Source of the DNA: an uncultured Rivularia sp.
Lineage (GTDB): Bacteria; Cyanobacteriota; Cyanobacteriia; Cyanobacteriales; Nostocaceae
NCBI GenBank assembly: GCA_963665115.1
Contig: OY762007.1
Coordinates: forward strand, 7,616,001-7,680,000
DNA: 64,000 nucleotides
Reading direction: 5' to 3'
This document shows positions 21,465 through 32,435 of this stretch, one piece after another. Each line of letters begins with the position of its first letter. Position 1 is the stretch's first letter. The translations under genes and the position numbers were made by a program. Under the pieces are notes generated by a model. It searched no databases and had not been told where the DNA came from. It was given only the letters and a program-made list of their open reading frames with translations.

Positions 21465-24233
21465 ATGACAACCTCTCAGGAGCGGATAATCCCGACGGAT
21501 CTGCGAAACGAGATGTCCAGGTCTTATCTGGAATATGCGATGAGCGTGATTGTCGGTCGCGCTTTGCCAGATGCCAGGGATGGTCTGAAACCTGTGCATC
21601 GTCGCATTCTCTACGCTATGCACGAATTGGGGTTGACGGCTGACCGTCCCTTTCGTAAATGCGCTCGTGTTGTAGGGGAGGTATTAGGTAAGTACCACCC
21701 CCACGGCGATACGGCTGTTTACGATGCTTTGGTGCGGATGGCGCAAAGTTTTTCGATGAGGTCGCCTTTGATCTCAGGGCATGGTAATTTCGGAAGTGTC
21801 GATAATGACCCTCCGGCGGCTATGCGTTACACTGAATGCCGCCTGGAATCTTTAACTAGTGACGCTTTATTACAAGATATCGAATCGGAAACTGTTGATT
21901 TTGCTGATAACTTTGATGGTTCGCAACAAGAACCTACGGTTTTACCGGCAAGACTTCCGCAGCTACTTTTAAACGGTTCTTCTGGTATTGCGGTGGGGAT
22001 GGCGACTAATATCCCGCCGCATAATTTGGGAGAATTGATTGATGGGTTGGTGGCGCTGATTCAGAATCCGGAAATCACGGATATGGAATTAACTACTCAG
22101 TATATCCACGGTCCCGATTTTCCTACAGGCGGTCAAATTCTCGGTACTTCCGGGATTAAAGAAGCTTATACTACCGGGCGCGGTTCGATTACCATGCGTG
22201 GGGTAGCTAATATTGAGACTCTCCAGCAGCGCGGAAGACCGGACAAAGAAGCAATAATTATCACCGAGTTACCTTATCAAACTAATAAGGCAGCCTTAAT
22301 TGAGAAAATTGCCGAACTGGTTAACGACAAGCGCATTGACGGTATTTCCGATATTCGCGACGAGAGCGATCGCGATGGTATGCGGGTAGTTATCGAACTC
22401 AAGCGCGATGCTTATCCCCGCGTTGTGCTGAATAATTTATACAAGTTAACTCCGCTACAAGCTAATTTTGGCGCGAATATGCTTGCGTTGGTAAATGGAG
22501 AACCCATTTTACTAAATTTAAAGCGGTTTTTACAAGTTTTCTTGGATTTCCGCATTGAATCGATTACCAGACGCACCCGCTACGAATTGCGGAAGGCTGA
22601 GGAAAGAGATCATATCTTACAAGGTTTATTAATCGCGCAGTCGCATTTAGATGAAATTATTGCCTTGATTCGTCATGCTGCGGATGCACCGACGGCTAAG
22701 GGAGAATTAATTAGTAATTATGGGTTGTCGGAAGCTCAAGCTGATGCAATTTTGCAGATGCAGTTGCGACGATTAACGGCTTTGGAAGCTGATAAAATTC
22801 GTTTGGAACACGACCAGTTACAGGTTCAAATCACCGATTTACAAGATATTCTGGCTCGTAGAGAACGAATATTAGAAATTATTGAAACTGAAGTTAGGCA
22901 ATTAAGAGAAAAACACGCTACACCCCGTCGTACAGTAATCACTCTGAAGGAAGGGGAATTAGATGATATAGACTTAATTGCTAATGAAAAAGTCATAATT
23001 TTGCTGACTCAGCAAGGTTATATGAAGAGAATGCCGGTTAATACCTTTGAAGCACAAAGCCGTGCTACCAGAGGAAAAGCCGCAGCCAAGGTAAAAGACG
23101 ATGACAATATCGAGCATTTCTTAACCTGCTGCGACCATGATAGCGTTCTATTCTTTAGCGAACGCGGTGTAGTTTATTGCTTGAGGGCTTATCAATTACC
23201 TCTCGGTTCCCGCACCAGTCGGGGTACGCCCATCGTACAAATGCTACCGATTCCTAGAGAAGAAAAAATTACCTCGATTGTACCCGTAAGCGAATTTAGC
23301 CAAGACGAATACTTGGTAATGCTTACTAAAGGTGGCTATATCAAGAAAACTGCATTAGCTGCATTTAGCAATATTCGCGCCAACGGTTTGATAGCAATTT
23401 CCTTAGAAGAAGGAGACGAATTACGTTGGGTACGTCGAGCCAGAGCCGAAGATAGCGTAATTATTGGTTCTCGGATGGGTATGGCGATTCATTTCCGCTG
23501 CACTCACTCGCAATTACGTCCTTTGGGTAGAGCAACTCGTGGGGTAAGAGCCATGAAATTGCGTAAAGGTGGTGACGAATTGGTCGGAATGGACATTCTT
23601 CCCGCCCATATTCTGAATAATATAACCCCAGTTGCGGAAGCTGAAACTGAAGTTGTTGAAACTGAAGTTGTTGAAGCCGAAGCAGTTGAAGCTGAAGTTG
23701 TTGAAACTGAAGATGTAGAGAATGCAGAGAATGCGGAAACTGTAGAAGTTGCCGATGAAAGTAATGCTGGACTTTGGGTGTTAGTTATTACCACCGGAGG
23801 ATACGGTAAACGGGTACCAGTCGGACAATTCCGCTTGCAAAACCGTGCGGGACAAGGTTTGATGGCAACCAAGTTCAAAAACCTCAAGACTCAAGATTCA
23901 TTAGCAAGTTTACATATTGTTAGTGAAGACAATGAGATTATGATGGTCACAAATCGCGGTATCATTATCCGGCAGGCAGTTAACGCCATTTCCATCCAAT
24001 CTCGTTCTGCGACTGGAGTACGGGTACAGCGTCTCGATCAAGAAGATTTTCTGAACGGAGTAGCAATAGTTCCCGGCGATAGTGGTGAAGAATCAGATGA
24101 GTCATTAGACGAAGATGATGCAGTGGAAGCAGCAGATGATGCAGTGGAAACAATAGAAACAATTGTTATAGAGCCGGCAAATGATTCTGTAGAAACAGAA
24201 GAAACAGCAGATGATGTAGAAACAGAAGAATAA
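21465..24233 (+). CDS. gyrA: DNA gyrase subunit A
   Basis: [19 protein letters not shown], catalytic AAMRYTE, GyrA-box-like QSRATRG, beta-pinwheel repeats and acidic tail. Confidence 0.97.
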   Translation: MTTSQERIIPTDLRNEMSRSYLEYAMSVIVGRALPDARDGLKPVHRRILYAMHELGLTADRPFRKCARVVGEVLGKYHPHGDTAVYDALVRMAQSFSMRSPLISGHGNFGSVDNDPPAAMRYTECRLESLTSDALLQDIESETVDFADNFDGSQQEPTVLPARLPQLLLNGSSGIAVGMATNIPPHNLGELIDGLVALIQNPEITDMELTTQYIHGPDFPTGGQILGTSGIKEAYTTGRGSITMRGVANIETLQQRGRPDKEAIIITELPYQTNKAALIEKIAELVNDKRIDGISDIRDESDRDGMRVVIELKRDAYPRVVLNNLYKLTPLQANFGANMLALVNGEPILLNLKRFLQVFLDFRIESITRRTRYELRKAEERDHILQGLLIAQSHLDEIIALIRHAADAPTAKGELISNYGLSEAQADAILQMQLRRLTALEADKIRLEHDQLQVQITDLQDILARRERILEIIETEVRQLREKHATPRRTVITLKEGELDDIDLIANEKVIILLTQQGYMKRMPVNTFEAQSRATRGKAAAKVKDDDNIEHFLTCCDHDSVLFFSERGVVYCLRAYQLPLGSRTSRGTPIVQMLPIPREEKITSIVPVSEFSQDEYLVMLTKGGYIKKTALAAFSNIRANGLIAISLEEGDELRWVRRARAEDSVIIGSRMGMAIHFRCTHSQLRPLGRATRGVRAMKLRKGGDELVGMDILPAHILNNITPVAEAETEVVETEVVEAEAVEAEVVETEDVENAENAETVEVADESNAGLWVLVITTGGYGKRVPVGQFRLQNRAGQGLMATKFKNLKTQDSLASLHIVSEDNEIMMVTNRGIIIRQAVNAISIQSRSATGVRVQRLDQEDFLNGVAIVPGDSGEESDESLDEDDAVEAADDAVETIETIVIEPANDSVETEETADDVETEE

Positions 24234-24454
24234 AATCAAATTTTGGTAATGTATTAACCTTATTTATGTAGAGACGTTGCAATGCAACGTCTTTATGTAT
24301 TTTGATTTGTATTCAGAATTTAGTGAAATAGTGTCACAGCAAATCTGTTTTTATAAAGGCTTGTAGTTGTGTAGCGCATCATTTTACAGAATTCGGAAGG
24401 GCTAAAGCCCAACTACAAACCTGTCAAACCTTAATTAAAGGTGGCTTTATGTAA

Positions 24455-26098
24455 GTGATTATGAAATCAAATATTTTTATCAAACCGATCGCTCGCAACT
24501 CAAAACCGATAATCGCTTTAGCCAGCGGAATCACAATGGGTTTAACCGTAGCTCCCGTTGGTGCTTGGTTTTTAGCCTGGTTTGCAATGATTCCCCTATG
24601 GCTAATAGTTATAAATTCCCAAAAATACCCAAAACAAAAAAACAAATCTCTTCCCCCCTCTCTTCTATGGGCTTTGGGTTATCACGGAACAGCACTGTAT
24701 TGGATTACCGGACTTCATCCACTAACTTGGCTGGGTGTACCTTGGTTGGGAAGTATTGCGATCGCATTATTTGCCTGGTTCTTTATCTCCTTTTGGGGAG
24801 GCATATTAGTTATGCTTTGGGCTAAGTTGATCGGGATATTTTCAACTCAAAATCCTTTGCTTCGCGTTCTTATTGGTACGGCTTTTTGGTGTGCTTTAGA
24901 AAGAATTTGGAGTGCGGGTCCTTTGTGGTGGAGTTCGCTTTCTTACACTCAATCACCGCATAATTTGGTAATTTTACACTTGGGTCAAATTTCGGGACCT
25001 ACAGCAGTAACTGCGGCGATTGTTGCAGTTAATGGGTTGTTAGCAGAAGCCTTGAATGCAGCGTTTGTCACGCGGATGCAATATAAATTTGACCTCACCC
25101 TTTTTCCTTCTCCTTACCAAGGAGAGGGATGGGAGCAAGGACAGGGTAAGGTTTTACAAGCTTCTCAACGATTGGGAATAATTGCAATTGTATTATTTAT
25201 TTCCTGTCATTTAATCGGTTTCGGTTTGTATTCTCGTCCCCTTTCTCAATCGCCGCCAGATGCTTTGAAAGTCGGAATTGTGCAGGGAAATATCCCGAAT
25301 CGCATCAAATTTAAAGCTAAAGCAAATCAACGCATCATCAAAAATTATACCGAAGGTTATGTGAATTTAGTAAATCAAGGTGTACAAGCAGTTTTAACCC
25401 CAGAAGGAGCATTACCGTTTTTTGAAAATGAAATTATTCGTAGCCCTTTGATTGCAGCAGTGCGAGAAAAAGGCGTTTTAGCTTGGGTTGGGGGTTATAA
25501 GCGTCAGGGGGAAAATAGGTATACCAATAGTTTATTTACTTTTACAGGTGAAGGTGAAGTTGTTAGTCATTACGATAAAGAGAAACTAGTACCTTTGGGA
25601 GAATATATTCCCTTTGAAAAGATTTTAGGCGGTATTATTAACAGATTATCTCCAGTAAAAGCAAGACAAATACCGGGGAAATCCAATCAAGTTGTTAAAA
25701 CACCTTTTGGTAATGCTGTAGTTGGGATTTGTTATGGTTCAGCCTTTGCCGAACAATTCCGCAATCAAACACAGAAAGGTGGGGAATTTATTCTTACAGC
25801 TTCCAATAATGACCCCTACAGTGCAGCAATGCAGTTTCAGCATCATGCTCAAGATATCATGCGAGCCATTGAAAACGATCGATGGGCAGTAAGAGCAACG
25901 AATACCGGATATTCCGCATTTGTAAATTCTCACGGAAAAACATTGTGGATATCGGGACACGATACCTATGAAACTCATGCCGAAACCATTTATCGACGAC
26001 AAGCGCAAACTTTATATGTGCGTTGGGGCGATTGGTTGTGTTGGGTATTTTTGGGATTGGGAATTGGGCTTTGGGGATGGGAGAAAGTTAGGAGTTAG
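24455..26098 (+). CDS. lnt: Apolipoprotein N-acyltransferase
   Basis: N-terminal TM segments; VQGNI, PEGA, KLVPLGEYIP, ICY and RATNTGYS nitrilase-fold motifs. Confidence 0.92.
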   Translation: MIMKSNIFIKPIARNSKPIIALASGITMGLTVAPVGAWFLAWFAMIPLWLIVINSQKYPKQKNKSLPPSLLWALGYHGTALYWITGLHPLTWLGVPWLGSIAIALFAWFFISFWGGILVMLWAKLIGIFSTQNPLLRVLIGTAFWCALERIWSAGPLWWSSLSYTQSPHNLVILHLGQISGPTAVTAAIVAVNGLLAEALNAAFVTRMQYKFDLTLFPSPYQGEGWEQGQGKVLQASQRLGIIAIVLFISCHLIGFGLYSRPLSQSPPDALKVGIVQGNIPNRIKFKAKANQRIIKNYTEGYVNLVNQGVQAVLTPEGALPFFENEIIRSPLIAAVREKGVLAWVGGYKRQGENRYTNSLFTFTGEGEVVSHYDKEKLVPLGEYIPFEKILGGIINRLSPVKARQIPGKSNQVVKTPFGNAVVGICYGSAFAEQFRNQTQKGGEFILTASNNDPYSAAMQFQHHAQDIMRAIENDRWAVRATNTGYSAFVNSHGKTLWISGHDTYETHAETIYRRQAQTLYVRWGDWLCWVFLGLGIGLWGWEKVRS

Positions 26099-26134
26099 GA
26101 GTTAGGAGTTGGGGGGGCAAGGGGAGAATTTGAA

Positions 26135-26707
26135 TTAATAATTGATAATTGATAATTGATAATTGTTCACTGCTCCACTCTCACGCAGGGTGTTTCTCCG
26201 AAATTCGGGGGGGTCTTCAAATACTGCTAAGGTGTTATATTCGGGACTACCTTGTTGATAAAGTACTCTGAATGCGTAGAGTCTTTTTCTACCGTTTCCT
26301 TCTGTAATTACCGTTAAAAGCGTGCTATTAGTATCGGGAAGTCCGGGAATATCAAGTTTTTGGATTCTTCTAAGGTGGATTACGTTGGCTGCGGAATCTT
26401 CACAATCTCCAGTATTGCCTTCTTCACCAAATTGCACGCACATTGGGCCATCAAAATCTAAAGTAACTTGTGATGGATCGTCTAACCAAACTTTTTTGAT
26501 TGTTTCTCCCGCAGGAATAAAACTTAAATTTGTACCTTGTTGGTACCAGACTTTAATAGTAGGAATTGCACCTCCCAAACCCTGGGCTTGACAGGAAAAG
26601 ATTGAACGCAAAACGGCATTATTGGCGAAAACAGTACCTGCCATTAATATACTTGTTGCGGAGAAAATTAAAGAAGTGAGAGGGAGGATGTTGAGGGGGT
26701 TTTTCAT
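26135..26707 (-). CDS. Secreted T4SS-associated protein (VirB9-like by position)
   Basis: Signal peptide after ATG 26707; beta-rich, 'IKKVWLDDPS'; last gene of the operon, after VirB10. The ORF-track N-terminus is translated repeat DNA. Confidence 0.55.
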   Translation of the reverse strand: MKNPLNILPLTSLIFSATSILMAGTVFANNAVLRSIFSCQAQGLGGAIPTIKVWYQQGTNLSFIPAGETIKKVWLDDPSQVTLDFDGPMCVQFGEEGNTGDCEDSAANVIHLRRIQKLDIPGLPDTNSTLLTVITEGNGRKRLYAFRVLYQQGSPEYNTLAVFEDPPEFRRNTLRESGAVNNYQLSIINY

Positions 26708-26856
26708 GAAAGGGGATGGGGATGGGGAGAGGGGGGAGAGGGGGGAGAGGGGGAGAAAAGGGGACAAGGGGACAAGGAGAAAATAACTATTCTTTACTCG
26801 CTACTCTTTACTTACTACTCCTAACTCCTAACTCCTAACTCCTAACTCCTAACTAC

Positions 26857-28476
26857 TTAAAGCTGCGTTTCTTGATTCACAAATACTTCTACTTCTTTAC
26901 CTTCGGGTAGATACCAAATGTTTGTTCTGCGGGACATTTGAGAAACGGCTCGTTGATTGCGACGGGATATTTGCGGAACTACGGCTTTCATTCCGCCTTC
27001 AAATATACCGGCTGCTAAGCTGGGGTCGCGGTTGACATTGGTGACGGCTACTGTCCCGTTTTCGCCGGTGACTACTTCGGATTCGGTACGGTTAATTAAT
27101 TCTGCGGCTTTACCAAGTCCACCTAAAGCAAACAATGCTGCATCTCTTCGAGCTATTGATGAAGCGTTATTACGATATTGCTTGGCTATTAATGGTTTAC
27201 CTTTTTTACCGCGAATCATTAATGCATCTTGAGGTACGGTTTTTTCTGCGATTTCACCGTTTTCTCGCATTGTTATTTTGACTATTTCTAACTGTGTTAA
27301 TCCGTTTTCGGAAATGGAGCCTATTTTTGCATATATTTGACTTCCTACAGGTAATGCTGTGGTACCATCTGCGGCTTTTAATGATTCTTTTAAACGCACT
27401 ACATAAACGTTATTGTCTTCATTCTCTTCCCTGCGTCCTCTACTTGACCTAGTAGTTTCACCATATACGGGCGTAGCTAATACGGCTTTTGCATTGCTCC
27501 CTACGGGTATTGTTTTAGGATTTCTTCTAGTTGATTGACGGGCTGTACGGGTTGGTATCTCTGTGTCTGGCTTGGTTGCTCTTTCTTTCTCTTCCACTTT
27601 TCTAGCGACTTCGGCTCTTTGAGGTGATGTTCGATTGCTAACTGTCCGATTTTCACCAAAAGAAACCTGTCCGTAACTACCTAATTTAGCTAATCTTGCC
27701 CATTCTTGCATGGGATTGGGTTCGGGTGGTGGTGCGATTTCTACTAACGGTTGTTGAGGTATGGGTACGGGTAGTTCGGAAGGTGGTACGATTTGAGGTA
27801 GTACTGGTATTGTCGGTGCTGGTTTTGCAACTTTTTTTGGCTGTGGTTTGGGTTGTGGTTTGGGTTGCGCTACGTTAATAACGCGATCGACTTTGACTAT
27901 TTTGGGTACCTCAACAATGCGTATTTGTGGTGGTTGAGGTTGGGGACGAATCCTTGATATAGATATGTCACGAGGAATCGCTCTTGGTTTTGGTTGGGGA
28001 TTCGGTTTCGCTGCGATGCGGGATGTTGAGGGTGTAGGTTTAACCATTCTCAGCTTTTGCTGTGCGACTTTTACCGCTTCAAGTTGTTCGGAAAGTGCGA
28101 GTTTGGTTTTTAATCCTTCAACTTCTTCTTGCAATTGTTGCAGTTGGGGTTTGGTTTGCGGTTGCGCTGGGGTGCTACGGATAGCATTTTGCGTGAGTTG
28201 TGGCTTGTCGTTGCTCATTATTTGAGATAAAAACCCACCAGCAAACATGACTACAGCTAAGGTTCCAGCACCGACTAAACCTGCTTTAGCAAAGGGATTT
28301 GCGGAAAGCGGTTGTTGGGTAACGTTGGAAGTCAATTCATCTGGTTGCGGTTGATGATTAAAATCTGTAGTGGATGCATTTTCTATATCTGCGGAAGTAG
28401 ATTCATCCAAACCCACCAGTTTTGCCATCCGTGTTTCCCATTCGGTGAGTCCAGTTTGGTTATTTTGGTTAGTCAT
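26857..28476 (-). CDS. virB10: TrbI/VirB10-like T4SS core protein
   Basis: One TM segment, coiled coil, long Pro/Gln-rich linker, C-terminal domain with IPVGSNAKAVL...LPEGKEVEVFVN. Confidence 0.75.
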   Translation of the reverse strand: MTNQNNQTGLTEWETRMAKLVGLDESTSADIENASTTDFNHQPQPDELTSNVTQQPLSANPFAKAGLVGAGTLAVVMFAGGFLSQIMSNDKPQLTQNAIRSTPAQPQTKPQLQQLQEEVEGLKTKLALSEQLEAVKVAQQKLRMVKPTPSTSRIAAKPNPQPKPRAIPRDISISRIRPQPQPPQIRIVEVPKIVKVDRVINVAQPKPQPKPQPKKVAKPAPTIPVLPQIVPPSELPVPIPQQPLVEIAPPPEPNPMQEWARLAKLGSYGQVSFGENRTVSNRTSPQRAEVARKVEEKERATKPDTEIPTRTARQSTRRNPKTIPVGSNAKAVLATPVYGETTRSSRGRREENEDNNVYVVRLKESLKAADGTTALPVGSQIYAKIGSISENGLTQLEIVKITMRENGEIAEKTVPQDALMIRGKKGKPLIAKQYRNNASSIARRDAALFALGGLGKAAELINRTESEVVTGENGTVAVTNVNRDPSLAAGIFEGGMKAVVPQISRRNQRAVSQMSRRTNIWYLPEGKEVEVFVNQETQL

Positions 28477-28580
28477 AATATAAATTCAAAAAAATATTTT
28501 TTCAGAAACGCTCAACTGCATCTCTATAACGATACGAAAAAACGATACAGCTATAAATTGTTTTATAAAATCACCTTCAT

Positions 28581-29252
28581 TCAGATATTTTTATTTTCAA
28601 AACAACTTTTATCTTCTACCTCACAAATGTTGTAAATTTGCATTCTTGCTTCTCCTAATCGGTAAGCTGCTAAGTTTAAAGCAGTTGGAACTGGGGGTAG
28701 AGGAATTATTTCATCTTTTGCTTCTACTAAAATTTGCTTGTTAAAGAGAATTGATTTTCCTAAACTGTCACCGCGACTAAAAATTAGACGATGAGCTAAA
28801 ATTTCAACTTTCCATTTTCCATCTTTGATAACTTCTGGTTGAGAAATCCTTTGAATTACTAAAACGTTTTGTTCGGGGCTTTCTAACTCAAAGTTATTGA
28901 ATTTCTCAGCAAATTCGCGTTTAAAATCATTTCTTAATAGATCGGAACTAATATCCCATACTACTGTTGATGATTGTTTCTCCGACCAAGTAAACATCAA
29001 AGTCATCGTTTCACCGACAAAACGGCGAATTGTTTCGCGATCGCGCTCTAAACTACTTTTAGCATCGGCGGTTATAACTCGTCCATTTTCTAACTGGACC
29101 AAAATTTGGGGTACCGATTTACGCTTAACTTGCTGCAACATTCCACCGTGAAACATCAGCAAAAGCAAAGTCAACAAATGCAGGCTAAATGTCCCGATTG
29201 CAAACAAAGGAACGATATTAGTCTGATTTTTATCGGTGTTGAAGGTTTGCAT
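28581..29252 (-). CDS. Bitopic T4SS protein, VirB8-like paralogue 2
   Basis: One TM segment, then LVQLENG...IRRFVGETMTLMFTW; similar to the upstream gene. Confidence 0.6.
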   Translation of the reverse strand: MQTFNTDKNQTNIVPLFAIGTFSLHLLTLLLLMFHGGMLQQVKRKSVPQILVQLENGRVITADAKSSLERDRETIRRFVGETMTLMFTWSEKQSSTVVWDISSDLLRNDFKREFAEKFNNFELESPEQNVLVIQRISQPEVIKDGKWKVEILAHRLIFSRGDSLGKSILFNKQILVEAKDEIIPLPPVPTALNLAAYRLGEARMQIYNICEVEDKSCFENKNI

Positions 29253-29345
29253 TTATATTTTAGGGATTTGGGAATGGGTAATGGGTAATTGGTAGTTGGC
29301 AAAAATTAAAATTTATTTTATGAGTTAATTTGAAAAACCATTGGA

Positions 29346-30146
29346 TCATCGCCGATTTTGACAGCGATTAAATCCGTCTGTAGCTAGATTATCGTATTTA
29401 TCGGTTAAACATAATTCTCGGATTTCGTAAATTTCTAATTCATCGCTACGGGTTGTATAAATTGCGTTTTGTAAGTCTGTAAGATTTTGTGTAATAGGGT
29501 AGTCAAAACTATCTACGGCTTGTACGAAAATATCTTTATTAAAAGGTATAATTATTTTATTATTCTCACCACGCTTTTGAACCAGATTTGCGACTATTCC
29601 TACTTTCCATTTGCCAGGTTCAATCTGTTGCGGGGGATAGATTCTAGTAATATTTAATTCTGCTAAAATTGCTCGCTCGGAATTAGCTGAAAATACCTCT
29701 GGTGGCGTTAATTCTGCTACCGTACTTAAAAAACTCTTGCGAAAATCTTCCGACAAGCCAAAGCTTGATATCCAACTACTTGTAGTAACTTTTTTACTTC
29801 CACTCCGAGGTGTTTTAATTGATATTCCTAAATCTTTTTCTGGGTTAGTAGCTTGATTTATATTTTGCGCTGGTAATTTCCCCGACCAGTTAAACATTGA
29901 TATCATTGTTTTACTCACGAATTTCTCAATCGCTTCGGGTTTTCGCTGTAATTCATCTCTGTTACTTACAGGTTTTCCATCAACTAACTGCACGAAAGTA
30001 GGAGGTTTTGTCACACTTAATTGCCGAATTGTCAACCCTTGGATAATTAATATTAGTAAAGTTAATAAATGTAAACCGAAAGTCGCAACAGCTAAGGTAA
30101 CAAACAGATTTCCTTTTCGTTTTCGTTTTTCTAGTAAACGTACCAT
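29346..30146 (-). CDS. Bitopic T4SS protein, VirB8-like paralogue 1
   Basis: Basic N-terminus, one TM segment, FVQLVDG...IEKFVSKTMISMFNWSG. Confidence 0.6.
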   Translation of the reverse strand: MVRLLEKRKRKGNLFVTLAVATFGLHLLTLLILIIQGLTIRQLSVTKPPTFVQLVDGKPVSNRDELQRKPEAIEKFVSKTMISMFNWSGKLPAQNINQATNPEKDLGISIKTPRSGSKKVTTSSWISSFGLSEDFRKSFLSTVAELTPPEVFSANSERAILAELNITRIYPPQQIEPGKWKVGIVANLVQKRGENNKIIIPFNKDIFVQAVDSFDYPITQNLTDLQNAIYTTRSDELEIYEIRELCLTDKYDNLATDGFNRCQNRR

Positions 30147-30323
30147 GAGCGGAATTTTTGATTTTGGATTAAAAATTGTAGAGACGTAGCACTGCTACGT
30201 CTATTGTTGAGTTAAGAGTTATAAATTTGAAGAGCAATGTTTATTTTAAAAATTGTTTTTCATCAAGTTACAACGATCTAATCAATTCATAACTCCTAAC
30301 TCCTAACTCCTAACTCCTAACTG

Positions 30324-31358
30324 TTAACTGCTCACTGATTTCACCCAAGAAGCGGTATTGCTGATGGCGTTAAATACTGCAAATCCTCCTGCTCCTGCTG
30401 TTATTAAGGATAAAATTGGGGCTAGAATTCCCAGGAAGATAATAAACCACATTAAATCGGGGTTGGTGTTGGGATTTTGCGCTGGACCATTAACGATTAC
30501 TGCTGCTGTTAATATGGCAATAATATTGAAGGAAATTTTGGCAATTCCTAACGAGAAAAACCCTGTCAACCATGCAAAAACAGGTTTACCTGCTACTGGT
30601 AACAACGAACCACCTACCGCTAATGGTCCTAAAGCTGCTATCAGTAACATTGTAGCTTCTATCAAGTTCTGAAAAGCTGATTGCAGGGAAATTAAAAAGT
30701 TTTTTATAGTAATTTGAGCGGTGGAACCAATTAATGAATTAAAAGCTTCCTCCGATAAAACACCAGTTCCTAAAGTAATTTGATTTACCTGGTTTTCTAA
30801 TCGATTTATCCAAGGGCGATCGCCATATAAGTTTCGATATTCTTCCCATAAGATATCAATTTTTTCTGTTGCTTTGACAAAACACTGTCTTTGTTGTTCT
30901 CCATTCAGAGATTGACAGGGACGTAAAAAAGAACCTACCACGTCTTCGGCAATACTCATATTAATTGCTTGCTGGTAAGTTTGATTCACATCTGCTGATT
31001 CTACAACTTGTTCGTTGATGCTATTAACAAAATTTCGTACCCCTAAAGTTAAATTTGATAATACGGTTCCATTTCCGGTATTGGCTAAAAATAACACTAC
31101 AATAAAAGGCCAAATCAAACCCGATATCGGACGCGAATAATCATTGTTTATAGTATCTTTTAACCATTGCATCATAAAAATTAATAGAGTACCAACGGCA
31201 AAAAAGACACCGAAATTTGTTAAGGCTCCATATAAATTATTATCGGTGTTATTTTGCAACAAATCTACCCATTGCTTATCCCAGCCTTCGGCAATACTTT
31301 GGGCAGTCGTCGCACCGTCATTTAAAATTTCGTTGATACCAAGTTGTGCTAATAGCAT
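30324..31358 (-). CDS. Polytopic inner-membrane T4SS protein (VirB6-like)
   Basis: Two TM segments, a loop with a Cys pair, then several further TM segments (GPLAVGGSLLP); position within the operon. Confidence 0.6.
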   Translation of the reverse strand: MLLAQLGINEILNDGATTAQSIAEGWDKQWVDLLQNNTDNNLYGALTNFGVFFAVGTLLIFMMQWLKDTINNDYSRPISGLIWPFIVVLFLANTGNGTVLSNLTLGVRNFVNSINEQVVESADVNQTYQQAINMSIAEDVVGSFLRPCQSLNGEQQRQCFVKATEKIDILWEEYRNLYGDRPWINRLENQVNQITLGTGVLSEEAFNSLIGSTAQITIKNFLISLQSAFQNLIEATMLLIAALGPLAVGGSLLPVAGKPVFAWLTGFFSLGIAKISFNIIAILTAAVIVNGPAQNPNTNPDLMWFIIFLGILAPILSLITAGAGGFAVFNAISNTASWVKSVSS

Positions 31359-31385
31359 TTCGATATTTTGAATTTTAGATTTTTT

Positions 31386-31530
31386 TCTCGTTACAAGGTT
31401 CTACCTTGTAATTTCTCGTTTTCTCGTTACAAGGTTCTACCTTGTAATGCATTTAAGAAGGCTCTGCCTTCTGTCAATCCTGGAGGCAGAGCCTCCTTAT
31501 ATGCATTTCCAGGCAGAGCCTGGAAACGAG
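31386..31530. repeat. Composite palindromic repeat inside the T4SS operon
   Basis: TCTCGTTACAAGGTTCTACCTTGTAA twice, then AGGCTCTGCCT / AGGCAGAGCCT hairpins, ending AACGAG. Confidence 0.7.
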
Positions 31531-31557
31531 TTAAAACTCCTCACTCCTAATTCCTAA

Positions 31558-32334
31558 CTACTTCCTTCTTCCGATTAAATCAACTTGAGAAGTTGTTCTT
31601 AAAAGTCTTGCTGCTTCTGCGGATGCGTTGACTCTTCTAGCACGATTTGATTCTTCAATTTCTTGGGAAATATTGGCTAAATTCAAATTAGAATATTGTA
31701 AGGTTTGATGTAATTGCATTGTTTGAGCTAAATTCGCTCCAATCATGTTTGATTGTTCGCTTTCTATTTGAATGCTTTGTAATTGCAATCTAATTAATTC
31801 TGATTGGCTTTGATTTAATACAGAACCTGCTGGATTAAGATTGCTACCTAATTCTATAATTTCATCTAATAAATTGCTCGATCTTTCTCGCGCATCTTGA
31901 GCTATTTTAGTTGTATTATCAAGAGAATTTTCTATATTTTCAAGTTTGTTTCTTGAGCGTATTTGTGCTTCTTCGCCTAAAATACCTACAGCAATTCCAC
32001 GAGTAAGTGTTCTATCAATTTCATTCCCAACTGCAACAGCGTTTACGACTGGATTATTCTCAAAACTACTTGATTGCGAATTAATTATTAAATCGTCGTT
32101 TAAACTTCTCCTTACGGCTACTGGATTGGGGATATTTAATTCTCCATTAAAACTGGCGATCGCCGTTTGAGTTTCCGATTCTACTGGTTGCAAGGTTTCT
32201 GAGATATTATCTTTTAAATAATTTTGTAAATCTATTGCATAATTCTGAAAGTCAACCCAAACATTTCCTATTTGAGCGATTGCTGGCATTGCTATTAATG
32301 CAAGTGAAAGCGTTATTAAAATTGTTTTTTTCAT
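31558..32334 (-). CDS. Secreted coiled-coil T4SS protein (VirB5/TrbJ-like by position)
   Basis: Signal peptide MKKTILITLSLALIAMPAIA from ATG 32334; Gln/Asn-rich helical body; follows VirB4. Confidence 0.6.
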   Translation of the reverse strand: MKKTILITLSLALIAMPAIAQIGNVWVDFQNYAIDLQNYLKDNISETLQPVESETQTAIASFNGELNIPNPVAVRRSLNDDLIINSQSSSFENNPVVNAVAVGNEIDRTLTRGIAVGILGEEAQIRSRNKLENIENSLDNTTKIAQDARERSSNLLDEIIELGSNLNPAGSVLNQSQSELIRLQLQSIQIESEQSNMIGANLAQTMQLHQTLQYSNLNLANISQEIEESNRARRVNASAEAARLLRTTSQVDLIGRRK

Positions 32335-32431
32335 TGATAATTGGTAATTGGTAATTGATAATTGGTAATTGATAATTGGTAATTGATAATTGGTAATTGA
32401 TAATTGGTAATTGATAATTGGTAATTGATAA
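32334..32431. repeat. Short tandem heptamer repeat array, 14 units of TTG(A/G)TAA
   Basis: Read directly. Similar arrays near 2822, 21257, 26810, 30289, 35503, 43528, 57707-57849 and 61490. Confidence 0.95.
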
Positions 32432-32435
32432 TTTT

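Noticed and set aside
26708..26767. N-terminal extension MSPFLPLSPLSPLSPSPSPF of the last T4SS gene
   Set aside because: It is translated GGGGAGA-type repeat DNA; the signal peptide begins at ATG 26707.
31368..31550. 60-aa ORF with repeated FSRYKVLPCN
   Set aside because: It is a translation of a palindromic DNA repeat, on the strand opposite the operon.
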